From Okamejei kenojei (Eukaryota), in assembly GCA_035221665.1 (NCBI GenBank), contig CM069145.1, forward strand, positions 61,132,001 to 61,196,000: 64,000 bases of DNA, given 5' to 3'. The notes under the pieces were generated by a model, which saw only the letters and a program-made list of their open reading frames with translations, ran no database searches and had not been told where the DNA came from. Positions 26,000 through 39,199 of the stretch are shown one piece after another. The position numbers were made by a program, and so were the translations under genes. Each line of letters begins with the position of its first letter. Position 1 is the stretch's first letter.

Positions 26000-27830
26000 T
26001 AACCATATAACAATTACAGCACGGAGACAGGCCATCTCGGACCTTCCAGTCCGTGCCGACCATTTGTTTTCCCCTAGTCCCATCTACCTGCACTCAGACC
26101 ATACCCCTCCATTCCCTTCACGTCCATATACCTATCCACTTTACTTTTAAATGTTAAAATCGATCCTGCCTCCACCACCTCTGCTGGAAGCTCATTCCAC
26201 ACAGCCACCACCCTCTGAGTAAAGAAGTTCCCCCTCACGTTACCCCTAAACTTCTGTCCCTTAATTCTCATGTCATGTCCTCTTGTTTGAATCTTCCCTA
26301 CCCTCAATGGGAAAAGCTTTATCCACGTCAACTCTGTCTATCCCTTTCATCATTTTTAAAGACCTCAATCAAGTACCCCCCTTAACCTTCTGCGCTCCAA
26401 AGAATAAAGACCTAACGTTGTTCAACTTTTCTCTGTAACATAGTTGCTACTGGAACCCTGGCGAAGAGTAGACGCGCGCATTCTAGTTAAATCTCCTCTG
26501 TACCCTCTCTATTGTTTTGTTGACATCCTTCCTATAAACTAGGCGACCAAAATTGTACACCATACTCCAGAATTGGTCTTACCAATGCCTTGTACAATTT
26601 TAACAATTAATTCCCTACTCCTATATTCAATGCTCTGATTTATAAAGGCCAGCACACCAAAGGCTTTCTTTACACCCTATCTACATGCGATTCACCTTCA
26701 GGGAACTATGCACAGTTATTCCTAGATCCCTCTGCTCCACAGCATTCCTCAATTCCCTACCATTTTTACCATGTACGTCCTATTTTGATTTGTCCTGCCA
26801 AGATGTAGCACTTCACACTTATCAGCATTAAACTCCATCTGCCATCTTTCAGCCCACTTTTCCAAATGGCCCAAATCTCTCTGTAGACTTTGAGAATCTA
26901 CTTCATTATCCCCAATACCACCTATCTTAGTATCATCTGCATACTTATCAATTTTTCCACCCCATCATCCAGATCATTGATGTACATGACAAACAACAGT
27001 GGATTTCCCAACACAGATCCCTGAGGCACCCCACTGGTCACCGCTTCCAACCTGACAAACAGCCATCCACCATTACTCTCTAGACATCTCCCTATTCAGC
27101 CACTGTTGAATTCCTTCTTGCTACTCCGCCATTAACACCCAAAGAATTGAACCTTCTGAAACAACCTTCCATGTGGGAACCTTGTCAAAGGCCTTACCTG
27201 ATATCCATTAGACAACATCCCACTGCCTTTACCCTCATCAATTTCCCTAGTTTACCGCTTCAAAAAATTCAAGAAGGTTTGTCAAACATGACCTTCCAGG
27301 CACAAATCCATGTTGACTGTTCCCTGATCAGACCCTTGTTTATCAGATGCTTATATATATTATCTCTAAGTATCCCTTTCCATTAAATTTGCCCACCACT
27401 GACGTCAAACTAATAGGTCTATAATTGCTAGGTTTATTCTTTGAACCCTTTTTAAACAATGGAACAACATGCGCAGTACGCCAATCCTCGGCACTCTTTC
27501 CCGTTCTAATGACATTTGAAATATTTCTGTCATAGCTCCTGCTATTTTACACTAACTTCCCTCAATGTCCTAGGGAATATCCTGTCAGGACCGGAGATCC
27601 TTATCCACCTTTATATTTTTCAAAAGTGTCAGTACTTCCTCCTCTTTGAATCTCATCGTTTCCATAGCTACTCTACTTTTTTCCCTTACCTCACAGAGTT
27701 CAATATCCTTCTCCTTGGTGAATACCGAAGAAAAGAAATTGTTCAATATCTCCCCCATCTCTTTTGGCTCTGCAGATAGCTGTCCATTCTGGTTCTCTAA
27801 TGGTCCAATTTTATCCCTCGTTATCCTTTG
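26000..27830 (-). mobile_element. Young CR1 subfamily copy (RT domain to 3' end)
   Basis: Near-identical to 34215-35935 and to the reverse complement of ~62560-64000. 3' tail (ataaccat)n. Confidence 0.95.
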
Positions 27831-28046
27831 ACAGGTTGATTATGTTACCATTTCCTTAATTTTCCTAACAAACTGTCCTAAAGTCATTTTCACCCCCAAT
27901 ATTTTCAGTGTTATGCTGTGTTTCTCTCAGCTGGGACTTTTCAGAAGTGCAAAGCCTAATAACTATGTATTTAGCAATATTATTCTATTAAATGTGTTAC
28001 TATGAGAGCACATAATATTTTCCCTGGTATTCATAACACAACAATG

Positions 28047-28960
28047 ATAAAAAAGATCTTTGTTTTGACAGTACCAGGTGTGCAGTGAGAACCAACATGC
28101 ATACATTATTATATTACAGTTAATACGTACCAAGGGCACATTTTTGTTCCAGTGCCCTCCATTCCCAATTACTTTTACATTGAAGTGATTGAAATCCAAG
28201 TCACGTTTAAATGGCATCAGAAAAATAAAACCTCCGGAATGGATGATATTCATTACATGGTTGGTTGGAGTCAGTATCAGCACAATTACTATATTAAGCT
28301 TTGAATCTTCAGATGTCCTGGTTCAAGCTAAAACTAAAGACAGATAATAACCTCTTCATACATTCCCCTGCAAGTATCTCTGTCACTCCTTTAAAATATG
28401 CCCTTTCTTTGAACAAGCTCTTAAATATTGCATCTGGATCAGTTTCCATCTGATTACACTCCTTGAGGATGTTCATCTACGTGTTCAATTAATAAAACAA
28501 TGAGATTAGGACATTTCTATTCAACCTGTCAAAGGAATTTGGGGGGGGGGGGTTAGAAATAGTCAGTGAGGTAAACAAACATAATAGTTGAGTGGCAGAT
28601 GACAATAGTGCTGCCTTCCCAATATTTTACTGAAGGAGATAATGGGTTATTGGGGCTGTATGTTGTGACAGACAGCCTGACACCTTGCATGACATTTTAA
28701 TATTACACTTATCCCATCCCCCTGGATATTCTGGTTTAATAAATTAAGATTTTGCCAACTAATTACAAATTAGGCTAATTACAAATCAATTTGAGCATTG
28801 GGATCCAGACATCACGGAGCACTGGCCTCAGTTTCCCGCTCACATCTGGCAGTGCTCTGTCTGAACCAGGGCCTCGGAGTGTTTTTGAAAGTGGGGGGGC
28901 TGAGCGATCACTGATCACTGGCCTTCGGGGTACCTGTGTGGGCAGTGGAACAACGAGTTA
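28047..28960 (+). repeat. Local segmental duplication, copy 1 (paralogous to 41893-42810)
   Basis: Colinear non-TE-looking sequence 'aaaagatctttgtttt...ccaacatgcatacattatt...caactaattacaaat' followed by the same 'cactgatcact.gcctt.ggggta' element. Copies differ by substitutions and small indels. Confidence 0.9.
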
Positions 28961-29259
28961 GTTCAGTCATAAGAAGGGTCTTGACCCGAAATGTCATACA
29001 TTCTTTCTCTCCAGAGTCACTGCCTGTCCCGCTGAGTTACTCCAGCAATTTGCGTCTACCTTCGGTCTAACCCAGCACCTGCAGTTCCTTCCTACACTGT
29101 TCCAGTAAATCTTGTCTGCGCTGTCCAGTGCAGTGTCCAATATCGCAGCCTTAATGAACCAATGTTTTAACGAAGTTCAGCACAGCCTCCTTGCCTTTGT
29201 GCCCGGCACCTTCAGTTACAGACCCGTGCACATGGTTGGCCTCATTCTGCATAGTGTAC

Positions 29260-29682
29260 AGTAGAGAGCTTGCTGACCAGTTTGGCCTGGTTCGGCAACT
29301 TGAGCGTCCAGGAGCGGGAAAGGCTGCAGAAAGTTGTGACCACTGCCCAGTCCATCATCGGCTCTGACCTCCCCACCATCGAGGGGATCTATCGCAGTCG
29401 CTGCCTCAAAAGGCTGGCAGCATCATCAAGGACCCACACCATCCTGGCCACACACTCATCCTTCAGGTAGAAGGTACAGGGGCTTGAAATCTGCAACATC
29501 CAGGTTCAGGATTAGCTGCTTCAGGCTATTAAACTCAACTCAAACATAACTCTGATCATTAATAGCCCCTTGCACTTTCTCTGTTTATTTATGTGTGTTC
29601 ATTACTCTGTTGTGCTGAAGCAAAGCAAGGATGTCATTGTCATATCTGGGACACGTGACAATAAACTCTCGTGAATCTTGAA
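29260..29682 (+). mobile_element. Rex1/Babar-type LINE 3' fragment
   Basis: AWFGNLSVQERERLQKVVTTAQSIIGSDLPTIEGIYRSRCLK; tail gacaataaactctc(ttgaatc)n. Confidence 0.8.
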
Positions 29683-29792
29683 TCCTGCATATTTTTTACA
29701 ATTTCCCCTATCACCCTGAGTGTATTTCCTATTGGCAATGCGGTTGATGCGGTCGATTAGATCAGACGAAAGTTGGTTCAGAAAGTTGGGAC

Positions 29793-30545
29793 CAAAGATC
29801 CTAGAGCGGAGCAAGATAGACCACTCCTTCTAACTGCAACGGGCTGAGGTGTCGTACATAACGGAGCCGAACGTGGCCTTTTATTCATCCATTTCAGTAA
29901 CCCGACCCGTCCCGACCCGTCCCGACCCGTCCCGACCCGACCCGTCCCGACCCGTCCCGTCCCGTCCCGACCCGTCCCGACCCGTCCCGTACCGACCGTC
30001 CCGACCCGTCCCGTCCCGACCCGACCCGACCCGTCCCGTCCCGGACCCGTCCCGACTCGTCCCGACCCGACCCGACCCGTCCCGACCCGTCCCGACCCGA
30101 CCCGTCCCGTCCCGTCCCGACCCGTCCCGACCCGACCCGACCCGTCCCGACCCGTCCCGTCCCGACCCGTCCCGACCCGTCCCGTCCCGTCCCGACCCGT
30201 CCCGACCCGTCCCGTCCCGACCCGTCCCCGACCCGTCCCGTCGACCCGACCCGACCCGTCCCGTCCCGACCCGTCCCGACCCGTCCCGTCCCGACCCGTC
30301 CCGACCCGTCCCGACCCGTCCCGTCCCTACTCGTCCCGACCCGTCCCGACCCGTCCCGACCCGTCCCGACCCGTCCCGACTCCGACCCGACCCGACCCGA
30401 CCCGTTCCCGACCCGTCCCGACCCGTCCCGACCCGTCCCGACCCGTCCCGACCCGTCCCGACTCGCAGTGTAATCAACATTGTGGGGACAGTTTGTGTTA
30501 ATAAATTATAATTCTGAAAATGAGACGATTTTTACCAAAGAACCT
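29793..30545 (+). mobile_element. Left end of a CAAAG-terminated DNA transposon containing a (CCCGA/CCCGT)n pentamer array (29901-30462)
   Basis: Begins caaagatcctagagcggagcaagatagaccact, matching the TIR of the 49938-53498 element. No right TIR was found. Confidence 0.7.
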
Positions 30546-30569
30546 TGATTTTTATGTGTTTAAAGTTTC

Positions 30570-31215
30570 TTTGTGTGCCTTGTGTGTGGGGGGGGGGGGG
30601 GGGGGGGGGTGGGTAAGTGGGAAACCGCTTTGGTCCCCTCCTCCACGGAAAGACAACTTTTTCCATGTCGCCTCCCACGTGGCCAAACAGCAAGGATCGG
30701 TGCGGCCCTTCCCAGAGACGCGCCCGGGGCTTCAGCGGAGCCCTTGCCGGAGGGCAGCGTCCGCAGCCTGGGATCCCTCGTTGGGGACCCCGGAGGAGAC
30801 CACGGGAGCGGGGGTCCCTCGCCAGGGATCCCTGGAGGGGAGCTCTGACCGCCGGCCCTGCAGTCTGCGGTGCTTCTGGCTGCGGCGGGGACTTTAGATC
30901 TTCGACCGCCGGCCGGCGGCCTACACCGTCTTGAAGCCGCAGTCTCCGGTGGGGAGGCACCGATTCACGACCTACCTGGACTTACCTTGTCTGCACATCT
31001 GGATGCCCACAGCGGCGACTGCAGACGGGTTGAGGTCCCGACCACAGGGGAAAATGGAGGAGGACTGGCCACATTTTAATGATGAATGCTGTGGTGGATG
31101 TTTGTGTTAATGTTTATGGTGTATTGTGTGTTCTCTTTTATTGTCTCACTGTTGGCAAACTCATTTCACTGCACTTATGTGCCCTGGTTATCTGCAAGTG
31201 ACGAATAAAACTTCA
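30570..31215 (+). mobile_element. Unclassified GC-rich interspersed element (related copies at -33660-34215, -38900-39090, +39950-40645, -50720-51565)
   Basis: Shared polyG/polyC head, CpG-rich body, and a related 3' region 'ctgtggtggatgtt...tgtgtt...atttcactgcac...gtgac(g)aataaa' seen in several copies. Confidence 0.6.
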
Positions 31216-32327
31216 CTGGTCAATTGATTGAGAAGGCAGGAACGGGGAACTGATTGTGGACGATCAGCCATGATCACAGTGAATGGCGGTGCTGGCTCAA
31301 TGGGCCGAATGGCCTCCTCCTGCACCTGTTGTCTATTGTGGGGAGAGCTAAAGAAGGAACTGCAGATGCTGGAGAATCGAGGGTTACACAAAAGGCTGGA
31401 GAAACTCAGCGGGTGCAGCAGCATCTAAGGAGCGAAGGAGATAGGCGACGTTTCGGGTGGAGACCCTTCTTCAGGACTGAAGAAGTCATAGGATGTCATA
31501 GGAGCAGATTTAGGCCATTCGGCCCATCGAGTCTACTCCACCATCCAGTCATGGCTGATCTATACATGCCATACGGTAAACGTTATTCATCCCGGCAGGG
31601 AAATTGGTCTGCCAACAGTCACAACCAAAGACCCCTGAGTCCTTCCTCACTTAGATTTTTGCCATGTTTTAGAAAAGGTTGCTCCAAGACTTCATACATT
31701 ACAGTGATATAGACTTGCCCTCCGACATCCACAGAAACATTGTGTACAGGGGCTCGCTGGCTGAGGTCAGAGTGAACCTGGTTCTGCAAGGAAGGTGGAG
31801 GAGGTTAAGGAATCTCCCCGTGCTCCACAGCAGTAGGAAACTCCAACCAATGTAATAACAGGACGAGCCAAGTGCCATTTGATTATTACAGGGATCTTAG
31901 TGATTTTTACAATTTTTATTCCTGCACCGAATGTTGGCATCGCTGCTCAGGCCAGCACTTTCCTTGTCCATCTCTAGTTCTCGAGCACCTGATGGAGCCA
32001 CGCAGTTCATTCAACAAATAGACTGATAAATTAGACCCAGGGAGAAAAGATGTTCGGATTGCCTTTACCAATGGCTTATCTGTACACTTCTCCAATAAAT
32101 AAGGAGTCTGTGTAGAGTTTCCATATTCTCCCTCAGGTTTCCTCCAACGCCCCAAAGGCGATATCGTTGCTACGTTAATTGGCTGCTGTAAATTGCACTT
32201 GGTGCCTACGTGAGGGGACGAAGCTGACGGTGGGAGTGAGGGGGTGGGGAGGGGGTGGGGGGTGAGTATACGAGAACATGGGGAATGGTGGTCAGCACAG
32301 ACTCAGTGGGATAAAGGGCATGTTGCT

Positions 32328-33234
32328 ATAGGGCGGTTTCACGGCAGTGGGGTCACGACCCATGACCCGTACTGTTGCCACGCTACGCCAAGTTACGTAC
32401 ACGCGATGAACTGCAGGTAAGCACTGACCATTGTTTCCAGCGTAGCGGGCCCGTTAAAACCCGACCGCCCAAATTGTCAATTTTTGCGCTGTAAATAATT
32501 ATGGAAATCGGGATATGCGTGAGAGACATTTATCCAACTTCAGAATTCCAAAAGTGAGGAGAAATGACGGTAGATAGAAGCGAGAGCTGAAGGGACAACA
32601 CCAGCCAGAGTGCTTGGCCAACATTGGCCGTTTGCTCTCTGCATTTCATCAACTAAGGCATTATTTGTGTTTTTCTTGATTCCTTTGGCATCTAAAAAGT
32701 TTCAGAAGTGATAAATCCGGCTGTAACATTTTAAAATCGCCCTTGGTTCTCAAGTGGGTTTTTACAGACAAAAAGAAAACACCTCTGAAGCAAAATTTAC
32801 AGCCAGATTTATCAGCTCTGAGACTTTTTAGATGCCAAAGGAATGAAGAAAAACCACAAATAATGCCTTACTGTTGATGAAACGCAGTGAGCAAACGCGA
32901 TCATTCCCAACATTTTCAATTCCGATATCTGCACGGCCAATGTTGGCCAAGCACTTTAGCTGCTGTCGTCCCTTCAGCTCCCGCTTCTCTTTACCTTCCT
33001 TTCGCTTCACGTTTGGAATTCTGAAGTTGGGTACATGTCCCTCACGCTGACCCCAATTTCCACAATTTTTTACAGCGCAAAAATTCAACATTTTGCCGGT
33101 TTTTAACAGGTAGGAAAGTAGGCATTTCTTGCATTAATAACATATACCGGAAGTTACGGGTGTCCTCCAGATGGATTGAGCGGCTCCGTGCGTCAAGCCC
33201 TCTGACCCAGTGACCTTACGTGCAACCCCCCTAT
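32328..33234. mobile_element. Non-autonomous TIR DNA element with a long internal foldback, inserted in a SINE tail
   Basis: Ends ATAGGGCGGTTTCACG...GTCAC / GTGACCTTACGTGCAACCCCCCTAT. Internal inverted arms at ~32450-32730 and ~32790-33110. Confidence 0.8.
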
Positions 33235-34214
33235 TCTGTATCTATGACCCTGTCTCCACAGGGAACAGTGCAGACAGAAGAGAAGACATTATAAGTGTCT
33301 GTGGCTATCAAAAGACAAGGGCATGACCCGTCTCAGAAGGACATTGGAGAGACATCAGAAGAGACTGGTATGGACAAATATTTAAAATCTTATTGCCTAG
33401 CCTAGGATACCCAGACATTGACACAGTCAAAGAGAATGCAATGAGTATATTTGTTCTGGGGAATTGTTTACTGTTGATGAGTACAGTTTATTAAGGGATA
33501 TTCTGATCACTGGAGAGTGGAGGTCACAGAGATGGAATGATTTTCTGCTCTTTGTTTTTAAATGAATAAGTCATCAAGTCCTGAAGGTCTGAAGAGAGTC
33601 TTTGACTTGCCATATCAGTCTGTTTCTCCCTCCACATTTGCTGCCAGTCTCATTTTTTTTTGTATTCAATTTATTGTCATTATCTCGTTTTAGAGACAAC
33701 GAAATGGATTTTCCTTACCGTCAAGTAACATATAATTAAATAATAAATAAATAAACATATTTTAAAAAGCACAAACACAGAAGTCCACACACAACATAAC
33801 CCCACAGCGGCACCAGCGTTAAGGAACGTACCATGGTCCAGCCGGCCTCACCTCCGATCTTCCCAGGTGTTCATCCGTGGTCGGGGCCTCCTGAGCACCC
33901 GCAGTCGCCGCCATGGGCGGCCCGATGCTCAGGCCCTCTCGCCGGGACCGATGGAACCCCGACACCGAACCCCGACGGAGAACACCCTCAGCGGCCCGGA
34001 CCTCCAGATCAGCCACCTCCCACCGGAGTCCATGGCTCCCGAAGTCCACAGGCCGAGCCGGGCGGAGTCGCAGGAAAGGCCGCACCAATCCAGTAGGTAG
34101 GCCTCGGGGGGGGGGGGGGGGGGGGGGGCGAGGACACAACTTGAATAATAGTCGCATCCTCTCCAGGAAGCGACTTAAGGACGGTATCCCCCTTACCGTA
34201 CCCTCTTCCCCTCA

Positions 34215-35935
34215 CATAACCATATAACCATATAACCATATAACAATTACAGCACGGAAACAGGCCCTCTCGGCCCTTCCAGTCCATGCCGACCATTTGT
34301 TTTCCCCTAGTCCCATCTACCTGCACTCAGACCATACCCCTCCATTCCCTTCCCGTCCATATACCTATTCACTTTACTTTTAAATGTTAAAATCGATCCT
34401 GCCTCCACCACTTCTGCTGGAAGCTCATTCCACACAGCCACCACCCTCTGAGTAAAGAGGTTCCCCCTCACGTTACCCCTAAACTTCTGTCCCTTAATTC
34501 TCATGTCATGCCCTCTTGTTTGAATCTTCCCTACCCACAATGGGAAAAACGTATCCATGTCAACTCTGTCTATCCCTTTCATCATTTTAAAGACCTCAAT
34601 CAAGTCCCCCCTTAACCTTCTGCGCTCCAAAGAATAAAGACCTAACTTGTTCAACCTTTCTCTGTAACATAGTTGCTGGAACCCTGGCAACATTCTAGTA
34701 AATCTCCTCTGTACTCTCTCTATTTTGTTGACATCCTTCCTATAACTAGGCGACCAAAATTGTACACCATACTCCAGAATTGGTCTTACCAATGCCTTGT
34801 ACAATTTTAACATTACTTCCCTGCTCCTATATTCAATGCTCTGATTTATAAAGGCCAGCACACCAAAGGCTTTCTTTACCACTCTATTTACATGCGATTC
34901 CACCTTCAGGGAACTATGCACAGTTATTCCTAGATCCCTCTGTTCCACAGCATTCCTCAATTCCCTACCATTTACCATGTACGTCCTATATTGATTTGTC
35001 CTGCCAAGATGTAGCACTTCACACTTAACAGCATTAAACTCCATCTGCCATCTTTCAGCCCACTTTTCCAAATGGCCCAAATCTCTCTGTAGACTTTGAA
35101 AATCTACTTCATTATCCACAACACCACCTATCTTAGTATCATCTGCATACTTACTTATCCAATTTTCCACCCCATCATCCAGATCATTGATGTACATGAC
35201 AAAACAACAGTGGACCCAACACAGATCCCTGAGGCACCCCACTGGTCACCGGCTTCCAACCTGACAAACAGCCATCCACCATTACTCTCTGACATCTCCC
35301 ATTCAGCCACTGTTGAATCCATCTTGCTACTCCGCCATTAACACCAAAGATTGAACCTTCTTAACCAACCTTCCATGGGGAACCTTGTCAAAGGCCTTAC
35401 TGAAATCCATATAGACAACATCCACTGCTTTACCCTCATCAATTTCCCTAGTTACCGCTTCAAAAAATTCAAGAAGGTTTGTCAAACATGACCTTCCAGG
35501 CACAAATCCATGTTGACTGTTCCTGATCAGACCCTGTTTATCTAAGTATCCTTTCCATTAATTTGCCCACCACTGACATCAAACTAATAGGTCTATAATT
35601 GCTAGGTTTCTTCTTTGAACCCTTTTTAAACAATGGAACAACATGCGCAGTACGCCAATCCTCCGGCACTATTCCCGTTTCTAATGACATTTGAAATATT
35701 TCTGTCATAGCTCCTGCTATTTCTACACTAACTTCCCTCAATGTCCTAGGGAATATCCTGTCAGGACCTGGAGACTTATCCACTTTTATATTTTTCAAAA
35801 GTGTCAGTACTTCCTCCTCTTTGAATCTCATAGTTTCCATAGCTACTCTACTTTTTCCCCTTAACTCACATAGTTCAATATCCTTCTCCTTGGTGAATAC
35901 CGAAGAAAAGAAATTGTTCAATTGAACAAAAGAAA
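34215..35935 (-). mobile_element. Young CR1 copy (ORF2 RT to 3' end); its 5'-truncated end abuts the Ig constant exon
   Basis: ORF 34307..35242 with KYADDTKIGG; ORF 35538..35921 with KSPGPDRIFPR...NYRPISL. Confidence 0.95.
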
Positions 35936-35949
35936 TTGTTCAATTGTTC

Positions 35950-36212
35950 AAGCGTAGCCACACAGCCACCCTCGAGTGTGTGCTCTCTGGTTTCTACCCG
36001 GACCTCATAAACCTCACTTGGGAGAAAGACGGAGCCCCGATCTCCTCCACTACCAGCGCTACACCGACTGCTCTGGAGCAGGGGGGGACTTTCAGTGCCA
36101 GCCACCACCTGACTGTGAGTTCAGAGGATTGGAAAAAAGGCTGTCTTCGGCTGTACAGTGTCCCATCCCCCCTCCAACACCAGTATCAGCCGGGAAGTGA
36201 AAAGCTTTCAAG
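35950..36212 (+). pseudogene. Immunoglobulin heavy-chain C1-set constant exon, IgW CH4 / IgNAR C3 type; 5'-truncated and frameshifted
   Basis: TATLECVLSGFYPDLINLTWEKDGAPISSTTSATPTALEQGGTFSASHHLTVSSEDWKK, then a shift near 36139, then AVFGCTVSHPPSNTSISREVKSFQ with a phase-1 donor G|gtacgg. Canonical Cys-Trp-Cys, GFYP and CxVxH motifs. PTALEQ and SHPPS are recalled from IgNAR C3 and IgW CH4. Strand A and the acceptor are replaced by CR1. Confidence 0.88.
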
Positions 36213-36339
36213 GTACGGTGCTGGCATTCACTCTAATGGTCACATCTTTTGCCCCGTCAGGGCCTGGCACGTTTAGCACTGAAGGACAGGTGTTGCAGTG
36301 TGTGAGTGAGTGAGTGATAAGCAAGAGGCCTGAACTAGG

Positions 36340-36760
36340 GTCAAGAATAGTCAAGTGTTTTATTGTCATATGAATATGTAAACATAGTGCATAATGGGGG
36401 AAGAGAAAAAAATAAAAAGTTCAATAAATAACAAATATAGTGCAATAATAATGTAGTATTTTGCAGCTGAGAGCTTATTCATTGTTGCGTTTAGTAACCT
36501 GATGGCTGCAGGGAAGAAGCTGTTCCTGAACCTGGACGTTGCTGTGTTCAGGCTCCTGTACCTTCTTCCTGATGGCAGTGGTGAGAGGATGGTGTGGGTC
36601 CTTGATGATTTTGGCTGCCTTTTTGAGGCAGAGACTGCGATAGATCCCTTCGACGGTGGGGCGGTCAGAGTCAGTGATGGACAGGGCAGTGGTCACAACT
36701 TTTTGTAGTCTTTTTCGCTGCTGGATGTTCAAGTTGCCGAACCAGGCCACGATGCGACCA
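36340..36760 (-). mobile_element. Rex1/Babar-type LINE 3' fragment
   Basis: AWFGNLNIQQRKRLQKVVTTA...CLKKAAKIIKDPHHP. Confidence 0.8.
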
Positions 36761-38015
36761 GGACTAGGCCACTATGCAATATATTTCTGTGCTTTCACAA
36801 CTTCAGTTTATTCCAAAACACCTCAGTGGCCAGGACACTGAGAAGACCAAGCCTGCTGTTCCTCAACATTAGTGTCACAGGGTCAGCCCACTCATTGTTG
36901 TCGGCTCTCTGTGTGTGGCATCTCAGACTAGTTGTCTTGCTGCTAATTGGAAGAGTGAGGTCGAGTATTTGTATTTGTACAATTGTTTGTCGATACTGGA
37001 CAAGAGGCCCATCAGAATGTCCATTGTGTGGATGGAGCTGGGTACAAGCATGTTGGCATTGGAATGATCATGGAGTCATAGATTTATACAGTACGGTAAC
37101 AGGCCCTTCGGCTCAGCTTGCCTACCAAGCTGCCCGATCTACACTAGTCACGTCTCCCTGTGTTTGGCCCAAATCACTGATCATCTCATGTTCATAAGTG
37201 ATAGGAGCAGAATTAGGCCATTCGGCCCATCAAGTCTACTCTGCCATTCAATCATGGCTGATCTATCTGTCCTTCCTAATCCCATTCTCCTGCCTTCTCC
37301 CCTTCACCAAGACTAATCAAGAATCTATCTATCTCTGCTATAAAATGTCCATTGAGTGGAGCTCCACAGCCTTCTGTGGCAATGAATTCCTCAGATTCAC
37401 TACCCTGTGATTAAAGAAATTCCTCCTCATCTTTCAAGAGGAACATCCTTTAATTCTGAGGCTCTGGTCCTGGACTCTCCCAACAGTGGAACCATCCTCT
37501 CGACATCCACTCTATCCAGGCCTTTCACTATTGGTCCTATCCATGTACCTGTCCAAATAACCTTTAAACATTGTTATAGTCTCTGCCTCAACTACCTCCT
37601 CCCGCAGCACATTCCATGTACCCAGTGCCCTCTGTGTGAAAAAGTTGCCCCTCAGATTCCCATTAAATCTGTCTCCCCTCACCTTAACCCCATGTCCTCT
37701 GCTTCTTGATTGCCCTACTCTGGGTAAAGGGGCCTGGTTGTACATCTGTGTGTATTACCATTGCACTCTGTCAAATGTGGTTATCTCCTCTTGTGAAATT
37801 GTGTCGATAGTAACAAGACTATGTTGCTGTTAGTTGAGCAGTTGCTACTCTTGAGGAAAGGGAATGTCTCTCCAGAAAGTCTATTGCTATTCAGTGTCTC
37901 GTGCGGACTGTTGTTCCACGGTTCACATTACTCAGCCAGGGAGAGAACGTCAACTGAAAATGAAAATGGATTCCAGTCCAAATCCATATCAAACATCACT
38001 TTTTGGTTAAACATA

Positions 38016-38451
38016 ACCGGCTGCATCGTGGCCTGGATCGGCAACTTGAGCGTCCAGGAGCGGAAAAGACTGCAGAAAGTTGTGAGCACTGCCCAGTCCA
38101 TCATCGGCTCTGACCTCTCCACCATCGAGGGAATCTATCGCAGTCGCTGCCTCAAAAAGGCTGCCAACATCACCAAGGACCCACACCATCCTGGCCGCAC
38201 ACTCATCTCTCCGTTGCCATCGGGAAGAAGGTACAGGAGCCTGAAATCTGCAACATCCAGGTTCAGGAACAGCATCTTCCCCACAGCCATCAGGCTATTA
38301 AACACAACATCAAACAAACTCTGAACAATAACAGCCTATTGCACTTTATCTGTCTATTTATTGTGTATATATATGGTCTATGGTATATAGACACACTGAA
38401 CTTTTATCTCCTGTTCTGTATTAAGTGACAATAAAACTCTCTTGACTCTTG
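38016..38451 (+). mobile_element. Rex1/Babar-type LINE 3' fragment with probable aaacat TSD
   Basis: GCIVAWIGN...PLPSGRRYRSLKSATSRFRNSIFPTAIRLLN; tail aataaaactctcttgactcttg. Confidence 0.85.
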
Positions 38452-38585
38452 AAACATCAATTACCAAAGTTTCAGAGAACCTGCAGTTGTATGAAAACGT
38501 CTGTCAGGTCTGATCCAGCTTGAAGCCTGCGGAGACCCCACAAGAGGCTCCGTGTGTGTTGTGTCAATGTAACCTATCAATGTTC

Positions 38586-38591
38586 AATAAA
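38586..38591 (+). terminator. Candidate polyA signal between Ig CH and TM exons (possible secretory-form 3' end)
   Basis: AATAAA in unique sequence, followed by GT-rich 'gtgtggtgttggagttggtgtt'. Confidence 0.35.
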
Positions 38592-39199
38592 GAATATACG
38601 TGTGGTGTTGGAGTTGGTGTTCCCTGTTGGTGCGTTTTGCGAGGTGTTGCCAAGTTGGTGGGGAACAGGTGACCTGGATCTAAGATTACACATTGTCTTT
38701 CACTATATACATTTCTACAGATTATGTAAATATACATGTATTAGTCTCCTCCGTCCAAAGAATAGAACATTCTGAAGGAAGGTCTCGACCAGAAACATCA
38801 CCCATTCCTTCTATCTAGAGATGCTGCCTGTTCTAGTTAATCCAGCATTTTGTGTCTATCTTTGGTGTAAACCAGCATCTGCAGTTCCTTCCCACCCGCT
38901 CAAAGTCAATTTTATTCGTCACATACTCCCGAAGGTGCAGTGAAATGAATTTGCCAGCAGCGATACACTTAAAAAGAACACACAATACACAATAAGATTT
39001 AACACAAACATCCACCACGGAATTCTTCACTGTGGTGGAAGGCACAAAGTTCAGCCAGTCCTCCTTGTTCACCCGTGGTCGTGGCCATGAACGGTCGAAC
39101 ACACTCTTGGAGAGGAGGAATGGGTGATGTTTCGGGTCAAGACCCATCTTCAGATGCCTTGAAGTGCCCGAATCGGCACTTTCCTACCGGAGTACGCGG

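Noticed and set aside
29849-30511. 220-aa (PSRPD)n ORF and its antisense ORF
   Set aside because: Pentamer repeat without stop codons inside a transposon end.
25500-33300. CACAGTG heptamers as RAG recombination signals upstream of the Ig exon
   Set aside because: No nonamer at 12/23 spacing and no V, D or J coding sequence seen.
26000-35935. Near-identical CR1 copies as proof of segmental duplication
   Set aside because: A third near-identical copy lies at 61280-64000 with different ends, so a young subfamily explains the similarity.
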